Positions 1 to 12,244 of a stretch of DNA of 64,000 nt are shown piece after piece. The notes under the pieces were generated by a model. The model worked only from the letters and a program-made list of their open reading frames with translations. It was not told the origin of the DNA and ran no database searches. The DNA is from Raja brachyura (lineage: Eukaryota): positions 25,606,001 to 25,670,000 of the forward strand of contig OY740818.1 in assembly GCA_963514005.1 (NCBI GenBank). Reading direction: 5' to 3'. The translations under genes and the position numbers were made by a program. Within the stretch, counting starts at the first letter, position 1; each line of letters starts with the position of its first letter.

Positions 1-925
1 TCTCATAATCAGCACAGTAAATTTAAAATGTGGAAATGGAGTCACAAGCCACAATTAAGAAGATAGAAGTCTTCCCATTAAGCACCTGGACATTTCCTGC
101 TTTCCCCCCCGCACCCAGCACAAAATAGCTCATCTCCTGTTCTCGAATGCACTGTGCGATGGGCACACTTAGCCACAGAGTAATGCTGCAGCAGCAGAGA
201 CGTACGAGTTTGCAGTGATCAGACTACAATAGTTTAATATTATTTTGCAACTACTTCCCTTGGGACATGGAGCTGCAAGAAATTCTCCAGACAAGTGCTT
301 CATGCAAACAGCTGAGCAACAGCTGGAGAAATGCAAACTGGTTTTTAAAATACATTATTTCCTTTCACTGCCATCAAGTGTCCCAAGTAACCTACTGCAC
401 TCTCCTGTGGAAGTTGTAGCAGCATCAAGTGTTACACAAAAGAGCAAGAGGAATAAACAACTGTATTTGATTTTTTTATTATCATTCAGCATCAACTGTA
501 TGGATTTGGGATACCGGAAATAGTTTGAATTTTTGCTACACAGAATCCATAAAATGTTTCGAGTGTAATTTGGATAATTTCAATTTATCCAATTGCAGGT
601 GAACTGACGTAGCACACCGTCTCAAGATAGGCATTAAATCAGGAAACATGCAGTCGCCACTTGTCTGTATCGTTTTTTCATTATTTAGGTTGCTGTAGTA
701 ACAGTTAAACACATTTTAAATTATGAGTGATCTAGGACTTCCGAATTACCTTCTAGAGAACCAAATTTCACATAAAACAGAAAAAAATATTAAAGTTCTA
801 AAAATACAGTTATGTGGTTGGTTTGAATCTTTCTTTCCAGAAAAGCTTGTTGCTCAAGTTGGAATTACATGTCATGGCCAAACGTTGTTTTCTTCTGATA
901 TCCCTTTTCATCCGAGGTTCTCATC

Positions 926-1017
926 TTAAGCTTCCAATTCAAGACCCAGGCCAAGTTTGTGACCACCAGAATTGAAACCCTTCCCATCAATCAGGGTGCA
1001 CAGTGTCAGCTTTATCC
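926..1017 (-). CDS. VDAC2: VDAC2 last coding exon (8/8), (G)[29 protein letters not shown]
   Basis: Manual translation gives the porin C-terminus; cag acceptor at 1018-1020, TAA at 926-928. Confidence 0.95.
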
Positions 1018-1781
1018 CTGGAATCAACAAGCCAGTGGTTAAAAACACATCAGTGCCATGTTTTACAGCATTTGTGCATCAAGCTCCTGTTCACCAAATC
1101 TTTGGCAGAAGGCAACAAACAATGAGACTACACAGCTCTCTGCGCAGTGCAACCTCACCAGACCAGTCAATCATTGCAAACTGCCACTCCAGTTTGTAGC
1201 TTCTCTCCTGCCTGTCAACTTCAGCAATGAGGGAAATAAGGCAACCGAGAGTAGCCCCCTAATGTAAATACAATCCTCAAATTGCAGACTAAAAAGCAGG
1301 CAAGTACAACCGGCAGCGTAGATATCAGCCCGCTGAGAAAGGACACAGCATCGTACCCAGCAACAATCTCACCGGGAAATCTACACTAATTGCACATTCA
1401 CTGAAGATAAACACCTCACATAACTTGAAACCTGAACCATCTTCTTCAACTTTACTGGGCATAGAAATGTGATAAAGCGGCTAAGAGACAGGCAGAAACA
1501 TTCAAGTTGTGGAACTTCAGGGACTCCAGACATTCACCTTCATTGTCTTGGGAGTGGCAACACATTTTTTAGTTTGGGTTGTATGAAACATCTGAGGGGT
1601 GAAGAGGGGAGTGTGGGCTGGTTGAACAAAGCTACAACTGTCAAGCACTTATTCTGAAAGGGGGAGGGGGGAGGTTCAATGAGCTTCACAGAAATCCCAT
1701 TCCAATCATTTTACAGTTATCCAACCCATCTAACTACTCATCGTAGCAGTCTTACAACAAATAAAGCAGCTGGAGACGTAC

Positions 1782-1839
1782 CTGGCCTAAGGACCTGGCT
1801 GTAACCTATTCCAATTAGGCTGGAGTTGTTGACTTTTGC
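1782..1839 (-). CDS. VDAC2: VDAC2 coding exon 7 (58 bp), AKVNNSSLIGIGYSQVLRP(G)
   Basis: AG/GT boundaries, phase consistent with neighbours, VDAC motif. Confidence 0.95.
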
Positions 1840-1927
1840 CTGAAAGAGATCAGTAAGATGTTAGCAAGGCAAAAATATTGAATTATATTTAAATGACAGA
1901 GATTAGAAATCAGAAAGGTGTACTCAC

Positions 1928-2078
1928 AGAAATGGAAGCAGTGGAGTCAAGCTGGTATTTAGCAGCAATGCCAAAGCGGGTGCTGTTGTTGCCGGCGGTC
2001 CAGGCTAGGTTCACTGCTGTCTCCAGACTATCGCTCACCTTCTGGTAGATTGATCCACCAAATTCAGCACCGTCATTC
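1928..2078 (-). CDS. VDAC2: VDAC2 coding exon 6 (151 bp), [14 protein letters not shown]...[11 protein letters not shown]
   Basis: cag acceptor, gtgagt donor, VDAC sequence. Confidence 0.95.
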
Positions 2079-2257
2079 CTGCAGTAAAGTAACCACTTGG
2101 TTTAGCTGATTCATGGATAATCCAAAAAGCAGCAATTGCTTATTTACAGACCAAGATTTCTGTTTCAATAACGAAAATAAATTTAAATAGATAACCGCCG
2201 CCAAAGCCAAAATCCAAGTTTTACCTATGCAAGCATCACTCTATTAACACAACTTAC

Positions 2258-2485
2258 ACATTAGTGTGTAGCTGGAAATCTCCGGTTTTGTAACCTACTG
2301 CAAAGTTGTTCTGGGTGAGTTTTGACTTGGCCGTGTCAAAAGACATTTGGTAGCCAGCAAGCCAACCCTCATAGCCAGCTACTGCTGAGGCATGGATGGC
2401 AGGGCCTGCAAAGTCAAAATCCACATCACAGCCCAGGTTGACATATTCACGCTTGTAGGCAGTTTTCACTCTGCCACTCTTCTTG
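2258..2485 (-). CDS. VDAC2: VDAC2 coding exon 5 (228 bp), [28 protein letters not shown]...QLHTNV
   Basis: ORF 2254-2508, cag/gtaagt boundaries. Confidence 0.96.
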
Positions 2486-2569
2486 CTGTGGAGGCAAAGT
2501 AGGAACATTTAGCGTCCTGCTGACACCAGAAAACAAAGCTGCTGCAATATCTTTTAGTGCTAGAATTAC

Positions 2570-2622
2570 CCTGTGTTAGGCGAGAAGGTGGTGTCAAATG
2601 TCAGCTTCAGACCTTTGGCAAG
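2570..2622 (-). CDS. VDAC2: VDAC2 coding exon 4 (53 bp), LAKGLKLTFDTTFSPNTG
   Basis: End of ORF 2566-2835, AG/GT boundaries. Confidence 0.95.
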
Positions 2623-2905
2623 CTGGCAAAGCAAAATAAACATTGTTTCAGTGCACAACCTAACATTCAAGTCACAATTTTGGAGATAAATGGGGTGTAA
2701 TACATTTCTGTTCTTGTCCAATATCACAGGTAAGTAAACTAAAGTAACTAGATGATGAACATGGAGACAAAGTGCCCATGCGGTTATTGTTGAAAAATAA
2801 TCCAACCACTCTTTCTTCCTCGAGATAATGAGCATCGCTGGTGAGTTGTGCCATGCAAATGTTCACACTGGCACCAACAGTTTTCCAAATGGGTAAATTC
2901 TCAGC

Positions 2906-4668
2906 TCCGCACATTCCGTTGTCCAGGCCCCCATCCTCTCATCTTCACCATGGACGTCCAGTCACTATACACCTGCATCCCCCACCAGGATGGTCTCAAA
3001 GCCCTCCGGTACTTCCTCGACCAGAGGAGCAACCCATACCCATCCACTGACACCCTCCTCCGCCTAGCAGAGTTGGTCCTTACCCTCAACAACTTTTCTT
3101 TTGACTCCTCCCATTTCCTCCAAACACAAGGCGTAGCTATGGGAACACGCATGGGCCCTAGCTACGCCTGCCTCTTTGTCGGGCACGTCAAACAATCTTT
3201 GTTCTCGGCGTACCAGGGCCCCACCCCCGACCTTTACCTCCGTTACATCGACGACTGCTTTGGTGTCACCTCCTGCACCCACGCAGAACTGACTGACTTC
3301 ATCCATTTCACCACCAACTTCCATCCGGCACTCAAATATACTTGGACCATTTCCGACATTTCCCTACCATTCCTTGACCTCACCATCTCTATTGCAGGTG
3401 ATACACTCCTGACTGACATCCACTACAAACCAACTGACTCCCACAGCTACCTGGACTACTCTTCCTCCCACCCTGCTTCCTGTAAGGACTCCATCCCCTA
3501 TTCCCAATTCCTCCGTCTACGCCGCATCTGCTCCCAGGATGACGTGTTCCACACCAGGTCATCGCAAATGTCCTCGTTCTTCAGAGAACGGGGTTTCCCC
3601 TCCCCCACTATAGATGAGGCTCGCACCAGGGTCTCCTCCATACCCCGCAACACTGCCCTCTCTCCACATTCCCCCACTCACAACAAGGGCCGAGTCCCCC
3701 TGTCCTCACCTTTCACCCCACCAGCCAGCGCATACAACAGATAGTCCTCCGCCAGTTTCGTCACCTCCAACGTGACCCCTCCACTCGCCACATCTTCCCA
3801 TCTCCCCCCCTGTCTGCCTTCCGCAAAGACCGCTCCCTCCGCAACTTCCTCGTCAATTCTTCCCTTCCCTCCCGCTCCACTCCTCCCCCGGGCACTTTCC
3901 CTTGCAACCGCAAGAGATGCTACACTTGTCCCTTCACCTCCCCCATCCACTCCTTTCAGGGACCCAAGCAGTCATTCCAAGTCCGACAGAGGTTCACCTG
4001 CACCTCCTCCAACCTCATCTACTGCATCCGTTGCTCCAGATGCCAGCTGATCTACATCGGTGAGACCAAGCGGAGGCTGGGCGATCGTTTCGCCGAACAC
4101 CTCCGCTCGGTCCGCAATAACCAACCCGACCTCCCGGTGGCTCAGCACTTCAACTCCCCCTCCCACTGCGTATCCGACCTCTCGGTCCTGGGCCTCCTCC
4201 ACGGCCAGAGTGATCAACACCGCAAGTTGGAGGAACAGCACCTCATATTCCGCTTGGGGAGTCTGCATCCTCTGGGCTTAAACATTGAATTTTCTCAATT
4301 CTGTTAACCCAGACTGCCTCCCCCCCACCTCTCCCTCAGCCCTCTGGCCCTGACATTCCTTCTCCATCTCCCCCCCCCCCCCCCCTCCCCAGTGCACTAG
4401 CTTCTCATTTTCACACCACAAACAGCTTACAATGGCCTGCTTCCTTTGTCACCAATACTTTTTTGCATATCTTTCACTCATTGTTCCTTATCTCTCCACA
4501 TCACTGTTTATATCTCTCGTTTCCCTGATCCCTGACCAGTCTGAAGAAGGGTCTCGACCCGAAACGTCGCCTATCTCCTTCGCTCCTTAGATGCTGCTGC
4601 ACCCGCTGAGTTTCTCCAGCTTTTTGTGTAACCCTCGATTCTCCAGCATCTGCAGTTCCTTCTTTAAC
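2906..4668 (+). mobile_element. 5'-truncated Penelope-like retroelement (RT with YIDD plus GIY-YIG endonuclease), frameshifted
   Basis: ORF 2848-3744 has QTQGVAMGTRMGPSYA and LRYIDD; downstream LIYIGETKRRLGDRFAEH; 11-bp TSD aaattctcagc (2895-2905 / 4669-4679). Confidence 0.88.
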
Positions 4669-4931
4669 AAATTCTCAGCCAGAATGTTTTTGCTTCCACC
4701 ATCACTCGCTCGTTAAATTTCCAATATGCTAGAGGAACTCATTGGGTCCAACAACATTGATGGGGAGGAAATAGGGGTGCTGATATAGGGCATCAACATA
4801 CAATGTCAACAATTCCTGCCCCACCACACAACAGATGATGCTCAGCCTGTCAAGTTCTTCCAGTAGATTGTTGCTCCAAATCACAGCATCTGCAGCCCCT
4901 TGTCTCCAACTCAACTAAAATGAATGATTAC

Positions 4932-5084
4932 CTGATCTTCAATTGCAATTTCTGTGCCCAAAGTGTTATCGGTGTTCCATTTCTCTGTAAACGTGAGGCC
5001 GTATTCAGACCACTTGTACTTGGTTTCCAAGCTGCCAGACACTTTTCCACTCTCAGTGTTTGAAGATCCGGAAGTTGTGAATTC
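4932..5084 (-). CDS. VDAC2: VDAC2 coding exon 3 (153 bp), [51 protein letters not shown]
   Basis: tag/gtaat boundaries; Glu at the VDAC1-E73-equivalent position (FTEKW) argues against VDAC3; synteny with SAMD8 indicates VDAC2. Confidence 0.95.
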
Positions 5085-6054
5085 CTATTTAATTTTGAAA
5101 TAATGGGCATTTAATATTACTTGTAAATACAGACCAACTTAATTGATGAATTCTGCAGAATCATATCCACACACTGTAACATCTTCAGTCATTTACACTG
5201 GGCCAGTTAATGTCCCATTGCTGTATGTGGAGCTTACCGAGACACATTACCAAGCTTGTTTCACCACATGGGGGGGGGGGGGGGGGGGGGAAGAAAGAGT
5301 AGAAATCCATGAAGATTTCTAGGTTCTCATCAAGGTCAATTATTTTGAATGGAAACATTGATGTAAGGAACCATCGCGCCACTTAGGCACACAAAACAGA
5401 CTGTAGCAGGGGCCCGTAAATGAACAAGCCAAAGTTTATGGTCTCTTTATTCCTGGTTCATTGCTTATAGATGACTATAATCCACAGAGCAAAGGAGGCA
5501 GAGGTGTATAAAATCATGAGGGGGATAGGGTGAATGAACAGGGCAGAGAGATCAAGATCCAAAGGACACAGGTTTAAGGTGGGGGGGGGGGGGGGGGGGG
5601 GGGGTTATTTTCAGTGTGCCAATGCTTCATCTAGCACTTCTAAATTCCTCACTCAACCAACTGTTCCCTGGGCTAATATTAATGGGGGTGTGAGCCCAAC
5701 AGGTTTACAGAAGGTTTCATGCATTTGTGGCAATGGGCCCACTGGTAAGGAAACAGACTATTGGAGGTGAAAGGTGAAGGACCATGCCTATATTGGCCTA
5801 CTGAAAGGTCCAGACACTCTGTGCCCCTCAACACAATGAAGGCAAGAACCTCTCACCCCCATTGTCATTAAACAAACAGATATCGCCACAGGTGCTCTGT
5901 AGATTATTCCCCAACCAGTTCTTTACGGATGACCACATTTTCCTTGAAAAATGGCTATTTCTTTAAAGATCCACCATCGAACATCGCGAGCTAATACTTT
6001 TCCGGGGACAAGTAAATGAATTCTGTTGGCAAAAAAGTAGTAAATTAAGCTCAC

Positions 6055-6104
6055 CACTCCACTCTGTGACTTGGTTTTCACTTCCAGTTTTACCAAACCG
6101 AAAC
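6055..6104 (-). CDS. VDAC2: VDAC2 coding exon 2 (50 bp), (G)FGLVKLEVKTKSQSGV
   Basis: tag/gtgagc boundaries. Confidence 0.95.
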
Positions 6105-6331
6105 CTAGGACATAGCACACAATCAGAACAGGCCTTCGCATTTTAATTACATCCACTTCAAAATGGTGATGAAAACATCACTGTTAACAACATGAAAATA
6201 GGCGAATGCAAGCGTCTCAGTCAGCTCGCAAGTGGGGCTTCACACTTCAAGGCTATCGCGATAACACAAGGCATGACTATACAACTGTTTGCATGAGATT
6301 GATGTCTGAAATGATAACACCAACGTCTATA

Positions 6332-6500
6332 TGTGTAGGAAAGAACTGCAGATGCTGGTTTATATCGAAGGGAGACACAAAATGCTGGGGTAACTCAGAT
6401 ATTCTTCAGACTGAAGAAGGGTCTCGACCTGAAACGTCACCCATTCCTTCTCTCCAGAGATGGTGCCTGTCCCGCTGAGTTACTCCAGCATTTTGTGTCT
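6332..6500. mobile_element. Short Penelope-terminus derivative with partial inverted structure
   Basis: Matches the 3' end of the 2906-4668 element; imperfect 15-bp TSD acaccaa(c/t)gtc(t/c)ata. Confidence 0.7.
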
Positions 6501-7466
6501 ACACCAATGTCCATACTTAAAAAAATAAAATCTGCCACTTGTATTATACTGCAAAAGATCTGTTCGGGTACAAGTTAAAATCAGATTCAAATTGACTCAA
6601 GCAAAATAATTATAATTTTTTTATAGCCAACTGCACTGTTAGAGAGCCAGGTTCCAGTTGTGTCACATTACATAAACTCCCACCACACATCTGTTTACAA
6701 ATCCCCATCAGAAACGGCCAATTCAAACATATTAATACAAGTGTGTAAGTAGTTTCAAAGAATGTTATTCATTCAAAAAAATAACCCAATTTGTTTACTG
6801 AATGCCAACTCATTGTTCAACGTATAACTGTCATGCAAAATAACATTCTACAATTTCTCACACCCAAAATATATCCAAAAGCATTCTACATTATGAGCCA
6901 TTTACCCATTTGTGATAAACTCCATCTGTATTTCAGTTAAGCAAATAATCATTTGCAAAAAGGTGAACTGCTTCCCAAATAGAGAGAGAAAATAAATCAC
7001 CTTGGGTCAGTGGTGCAGTGAATAGCTGAGAAACACATGACCCAGCCAGAACAAGAGCAGCCAAAGCTATCTAAGCTTTCTAGCCTCTCATTTAATTAAC
7101 AGGATGAAGGGAAATCAAAAATAATGAATGGCTTTGAAAGAGCAGGTAAGAAAAATTGGTCTTGGGTTATACAAATTGGTAGTTAAACAACAAAAAGAAG
7201 ATGGGGGGAATAAAATGAAGGTCAATTGAATGCTTTGTATAAAAATATGGCCTACAGGAACAAAGTTCTGAAGTTATAAGGAAATTAGGTGAACATTTAT
7301 AAAGGAAATGAACCAAATGGATTACTACCCATGATTAGAGACTACAACAGGTGGAAAAAGTGTAACTGAATGGCTTTCCTGTGGACTGTAACCGATGATA
7401 CAAGATCCAAGCACATACACACTGACAGATCTATCTTTTAAACAGTGGGTGTGTAGAAATATTTAC

Positions 7467-7533
7467 CATAGCCTTTGTTGAAAATATCTCTGGCTGATTT
7501 GCCAAGGTCTGCATATGATGGAGGTATGGCCAT
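7467..7533 (-). CDS. VDAC2: VDAC2 first coding exon, [22 protein letters not shown](G); exon begins at 7538
   Basis: ATG at 7533 preceded by cag acceptor (7539-7541); the 8 coding segments sum to 852 nt = 283 aa + stop. Confidence 0.95.
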
Positions 7534-7624
7534 TGTATCTGCAGAAAAGAACATTTAATGATAAACCAAATAATTTTACTTGATTATACCAATCCCTAAT
7601 TCCAAAACAATTATATAAAAATTC

Positions 7625-7905
7625 CAGGTGCGGCAGAGGTTCACCTGCACCTCCTCCAACCTCATCTATTGCATCCGCTGCTCTAGATGACAGCTACACT
7701 ACATCGGTGTGGACTTGGTGATCGCTTCACTGAACACCTCCGCTCGGTTCGCAATAACCAACCTGATCTCCCGGTGGCCCAGCACTTCAACTCCTCATCC
7801 CATTCCGAATCCGACCTTTCTGTCCTGGTCCTCCTCCATGGCCAGAGTGAGTCCCACCGCAAATTGGAGGAGCAGCACCTCATATTTTGCTTGGGCAGTT
7901 TACAC
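7625..7905 (+). mobile_element. Penelope-like GIY-YIG fragment
   Basis: LGDRFTEHLRSVRNNQPDLPVAQHFNS, homologous to about 3985-4270. Confidence 0.8.
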
Positions 7906-8339
7906 CAAAGATCCTATAGCGGAGCAAGATAGGCCACTCCTGCGAAATGCAATGGGCTGACGTGTAGTACGCAACGTAGTGGAAGGTGGGCATTTATATT
8001 GTCCATTTCAGTGACCAGAACCTACCCAACCCGACTTGCAGTGTAATCAACGTTGCGGGGGAGGGGGGGACAGTTTGTGTGTGTAATATAGGGCTAGATT
8101 CATAATTCTGTTTCTTTTTTAAATCATTTCTTTTTAATGGCTCATAAGCTGTGTTTGAGTCGATTTTATAGTAACCGGAACCTACAAACGTGCCAAATAC
8201 TTTTCTTCAGCACCATGTCTTTCTATAACATCATGCTAATTCTCTCAGCTTCATTACATTCTCCAGCACTGCCATTTACTTTGCATGTCCTGTCTGATAG
8301 GAATGAGTAGGTTAACCTATGATGAACGTCCGTCGGCAC

Positions 8340-8753
8340 TGGCCCTGCACTTGCTGGAGTTTAGGAGGAAGGGGGAACCTCATTGAAACATGCAGAATAG
8401 TGAAAGGCTTGGATAAAGTGGATGTAGAGAGGATGTTTCCACGAGTCGGAGAGTCTAGGACTAGAGGTCATAGCCTCAGAATTAAAGGACGTTCTTTTAG
8501 GAAGGAGATGAGGAGAAATTTCTTTAGTTAGTGGGTGGCGAATCTGTGGAATTCTTTGCCACAGAAGGCTGTGGAAGTCTATGGATATTTTTAAGGCAGA
8601 GATAGATAGATAGATGATTAGTATAGATGTCAGAGGATATAGGGAGAAGGCAGGAGAATGGGGGTAGGAGAGAGCGATAGATCAGCCATGATTGTATGGC
8701 AGAGTAGACTTGCTGGGCTGAATGGCCTAATTCTACTCCTATCACTTATGACA
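8340..8753 (+). mobile_element. CR1-like LINE 3' fragment
   Basis: RGNLIETCRIVKGLDKVDVERMFP...RGHSLRIKGR, typical CR1 ORF2 C-terminus plus 3' UTR. Confidence 0.8.
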
Positions 8754-9136
8754 TGGTTTAATTAACCAAAATACGAGCTATCCTTCAGTCATCTACCTTT
8801 CAACTCTTCAGACTCAACAATACATGATTCTGATAGAGCTGGCAAAATCCCACCAAGTGCCTACCCTGCCTCAGGATATGAAATGAAAATGCCAAATGAG
8901 AACAGCACAGGGACTTAATGTGAACACTAAAATGACCACTTGGACTATTGGCCCCAAGTGGAACCCTGCACTGGTAAAATAAATACTCAAAGTTAGATTC
9001 TCCTAGAATATTTCACCATCTTCCATGTCATGTGATGGCTTCCACAAACATTAAAAACTGCAAGATTAAATTTGAATACAATATTCCATCTTCTACCGTA
9101 TCAATCCACACACTATCCACTACACACACTCTGCAC

Positions 9137-9865
9137 CAGGCACGTGCCGTCAGGATAGGCAAGGGTACCCTGACTAAAATTATAAAATAGTAATTATTTT
9201 ATATATAAATATAATATACATAAAATATATATAAAACATACATAAAATGGTCATAAATAATAAAGGCACGGGAGAATTATGCCTCCCGAAGAGATCAATC
9301 TCTTAGGCAGGCATAATTCTCCCGTGCCTTTCATCAGCAGTACATTTTAAAAACGGAAGTATGTGCTACTCGCGTGCCGTCAACGCTGCTTCAAGCCATC
9401 CGTGGGAACGGTCCGTAAAGGCAGCTGAAACTCTGCCTTTACACTGTGAACTGCGTGCATGTGCTGCGTTGCGTACTGCGCATGCGCACCAGCCTACTGC
9501 GCATGAGCAAGTTTCTTAGCGGGATTTTCATGGGTGGATAGTGATTACCTGAAGAGTTTCAAGAAGCAACTTTATGGATATTTTTGCTGCAAACAAAGAG
9601 AGAAGAATGGATTTTGTGCACAAATAATTTGGTAAGTAAATTTTTTGGAGCTATATGTTTTTAAATACTTTATTAAGAGATAGGACCTATTGAAAACAAA
9701 TTACATGATGAAAGTCGAGAGAACAATCTGCGCATGCGGGGTTTTCACGATTTAAAAATAGCCGAGTGACAGTACACCGGGGAGGGAACAATGTGCGCAT
9801 GCGCGGTTTTCAAGATTTTTAACAGCCACTGCCTACCCTGGCCGATTACTCACGGCACATGACTG
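9137..9865. mobile_element. Non-autonomous hAT-type DNA transposon (MITE), 729 bp
   Basis: Imperfect TIRs CAGGCACGTGCCGT / ACGGCACATGACTG and perfect 8-bp TSD ctctgcac (9129-9136 / 9866-9873). Confidence 0.85.
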
Positions 9866-10879
9866 CTCTGCACCATATTCTATTATCACCGAGCTAGCTG
9901 CTACAAGGGCCCGACACAACAGCAATGCCAACAAATTGTTCATCTTGTTAATGAGAATCCTGCAGCAACCCAACTGAGATTACAAGTTATATGTATGCAT
10001 GGGAAGCAATGGGTCAAAGCAACTAGCTGCCAGGCACAGCACATTGATTTATTCTGCCGGCACCATGTTCTGCAAACATTTTCTCATTTATTTAGATCCT
10101 TATGCTTCACTTTGGTTTGACGTTTGCAACGATATTACTGAATTCTGGAAACAAGGGGTTGATGATTTGTCAAATACATTTATAAACTGCACAAGGGCCA
10201 ACAAAGATGAAGCGGAGTACGCGTTTTCATGCTACAGATAACTTTGTGCACAGGGAAGCAATTACCAACAGGTACGCAGGACCCATCTAATATGCTGACG
10301 TGACCACTTCCCAATAAGCAGAACTGCCAAATCTAACAGAATGTAAAAATATTGGCTGCAATGATCATGAAATAAGAGCAAGATTGGCGTAACATATGCT
10401 CAATTATCATGTGTCCAGATACAAACCAACCATTCTTTCCCACAAAGCAACAGCCCATTTGGAAGCCAAATTAAAACAAAAAAATCAGGATATACTAAAA
10501 ACATATCCTCCCAACAGGTCAGGTATACATGTGTACTTGGTAACCAATTCAGTCCCTCAAACCCAATGCATTTTCTTCTCCCATAATGATATTCTAGCAC
10601 CTTCCATTAATTAAAAATGTAAGACTTTTAGAACCAATTATTTCAAAAAAGCTTATAGTTTGCGCAGCTGAAGAATTAGTTTAAAAGGAGACATCCTTCA
10701 GAAAAAGGGCTGGATTTTGCAAATTAATAAGTCCACTAGTGACACGACCGACATAAAAGATTGTTCGAATTTAAATACTCTCCCTTCTGTGTACACCTTC
10801 CCGCCCCACAAGTTTGCAATTACACTCGACAGACCATTGCTAAGAAGCCTGATTTTAAGTTGCACATAACCCTAGCTGT

Positions 10880-11215
10880 TGCGGAGGAGATGCACCGACT
10901 GGCTCTGGAAGGCGAGTCCCGGAGCCATGGATGGTGAAGGTCGTCCCCGTACTGTGCGGTCGCCTCCCCTCACGCAGCAATGGCCGCAGCTCCGGCAGCC
11001 GACAGGGAACCCGGGACCGGGGACCGGCGGGAGGTGGAGGCCGGGCCAGTGTCCGTCTGTCCCCCAGCAATCGGCTGCAGCCCCGCCACCGCTCGCTACT
11101 TCCCTCCCTCCCTCCCCTCGCCATCCTGCGGACGGACACGCCGAGTCTCCTCTCCTCTCCCCGCCTCTCCTCGCCCACTACCCAGGCTTACATCTACCCC
11201 ACCGCCACCCACCTT
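10880..11215. promoter_or_regulatory. CpG-rich island segment in VDAC2 intron 1
   Basis: High GC and CpG density against AT-rich flanks; no coding homology recognised. Confidence 0.5.
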
Positions 11216-12190
11216 AACCATATAATCATATAACAATTACAGCACAGAAACAGGCCATCTCGGCCCTTCAAGTCCGTGCCGAATAACTTTTTTCCCTTAG
11301 TCCCACCTGCCTGCACTCATACCATAACCCTCCATACCCTTCTCATCCATATGCCTATCCAATTTATTTTTAAATGATACCAACGAACCTGCCGCCACCA
11401 CTTCCACTGGAAGCTCATTCCACACCGCTACCACTCTCTGAGTAAAGAAGTTCCCCCTCATGTTACCCCTAAACTTCTGTCCCTTAATTCTAAAGTCATG
11501 TCCTCTTGTTTGAATCTTCCCTATTCTCAAAGGGAAAAGCTTGTCCACATCAACTCTGTCTATCCCTCTCATCATTTTAAAGACCTCTATCAAGTCCCCC
11601 CTTAACCTTCTGCGCTCCAGAGAATAAAGACCTAACTTATTCAACCTATCTCTGTAACTTAGCTGTTGAAACCCAGGCAACATTCTAGTAAATCTCCTCT
11701 GTACCCTCTCTATTTTGTTGACATCCTTCCTATAATTGGGCGACCAAAATTGTACACCATACTCCAGATTTGGTCTCACCAATGCCTTGTACAATTTTAA
11801 CATTACATCCCAGCTTCTATACTCAATGCTCTGATTTATAAAGGCTAGCATACCAAAAGCTTTCTTTACTACCCTATCTATATGAGATTCCACCTTCAAG
11901 GAACTATGCACGGTTATTCCCAGATCCCTCTGTTCAACTGTATTCTTCAATTCCCTACCGTTTACCATGTACGTCCTATTTTGATTTGTCCTGCCAAGGT
12001 GTAGCACCTCACATTTATCAGCATTAAACTCCATCTGCCATCTTTCAGCCCATTTTTCCAACTGGCCTAAATCACTCTGCAGACTTTGGAAATCCTCTTC
12101 ATTATCCACAACACCCCCTATCTTGATATCATTTGCATACTTACTAATCCAATTTACTACCCCTTCATCCAGATCATTGATGTACATTAA
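11216..12190 (-). mobile_element. Young 5'-truncated CR1-like LINE (RT C-terminal part open)
   Basis: ORF 11297-12226 (YINDLDEG...SKYAND...LEYGVQFWSP) and an (ATATGGTT)-type 3' tail. Confidence 0.9.
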
Positions 12191-12244
12191 ATCAATGATG
12201 CACCTTGTGACGTGCCTACCCCGCACCGCTACAGTACACCACCA

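Noticed and set aside
5330-5338. ERR motif TCAAGGTCA in a VDAC2 intron
   Set aside because: A single 9-mer is expected by chance about once per two windows of this size; no other support
5270-5605. Long poly-G runs (also about 57816, 59337, 61356, 61468)
   Set aside because: Simple homopolymers with unreliable lengths; no functional evidence
5085-6054. Possible VDAC3-style single-codon ATG microexon
   Set aside because: No ag-ATG-gt arrangement found on the - strand of this intron by eye
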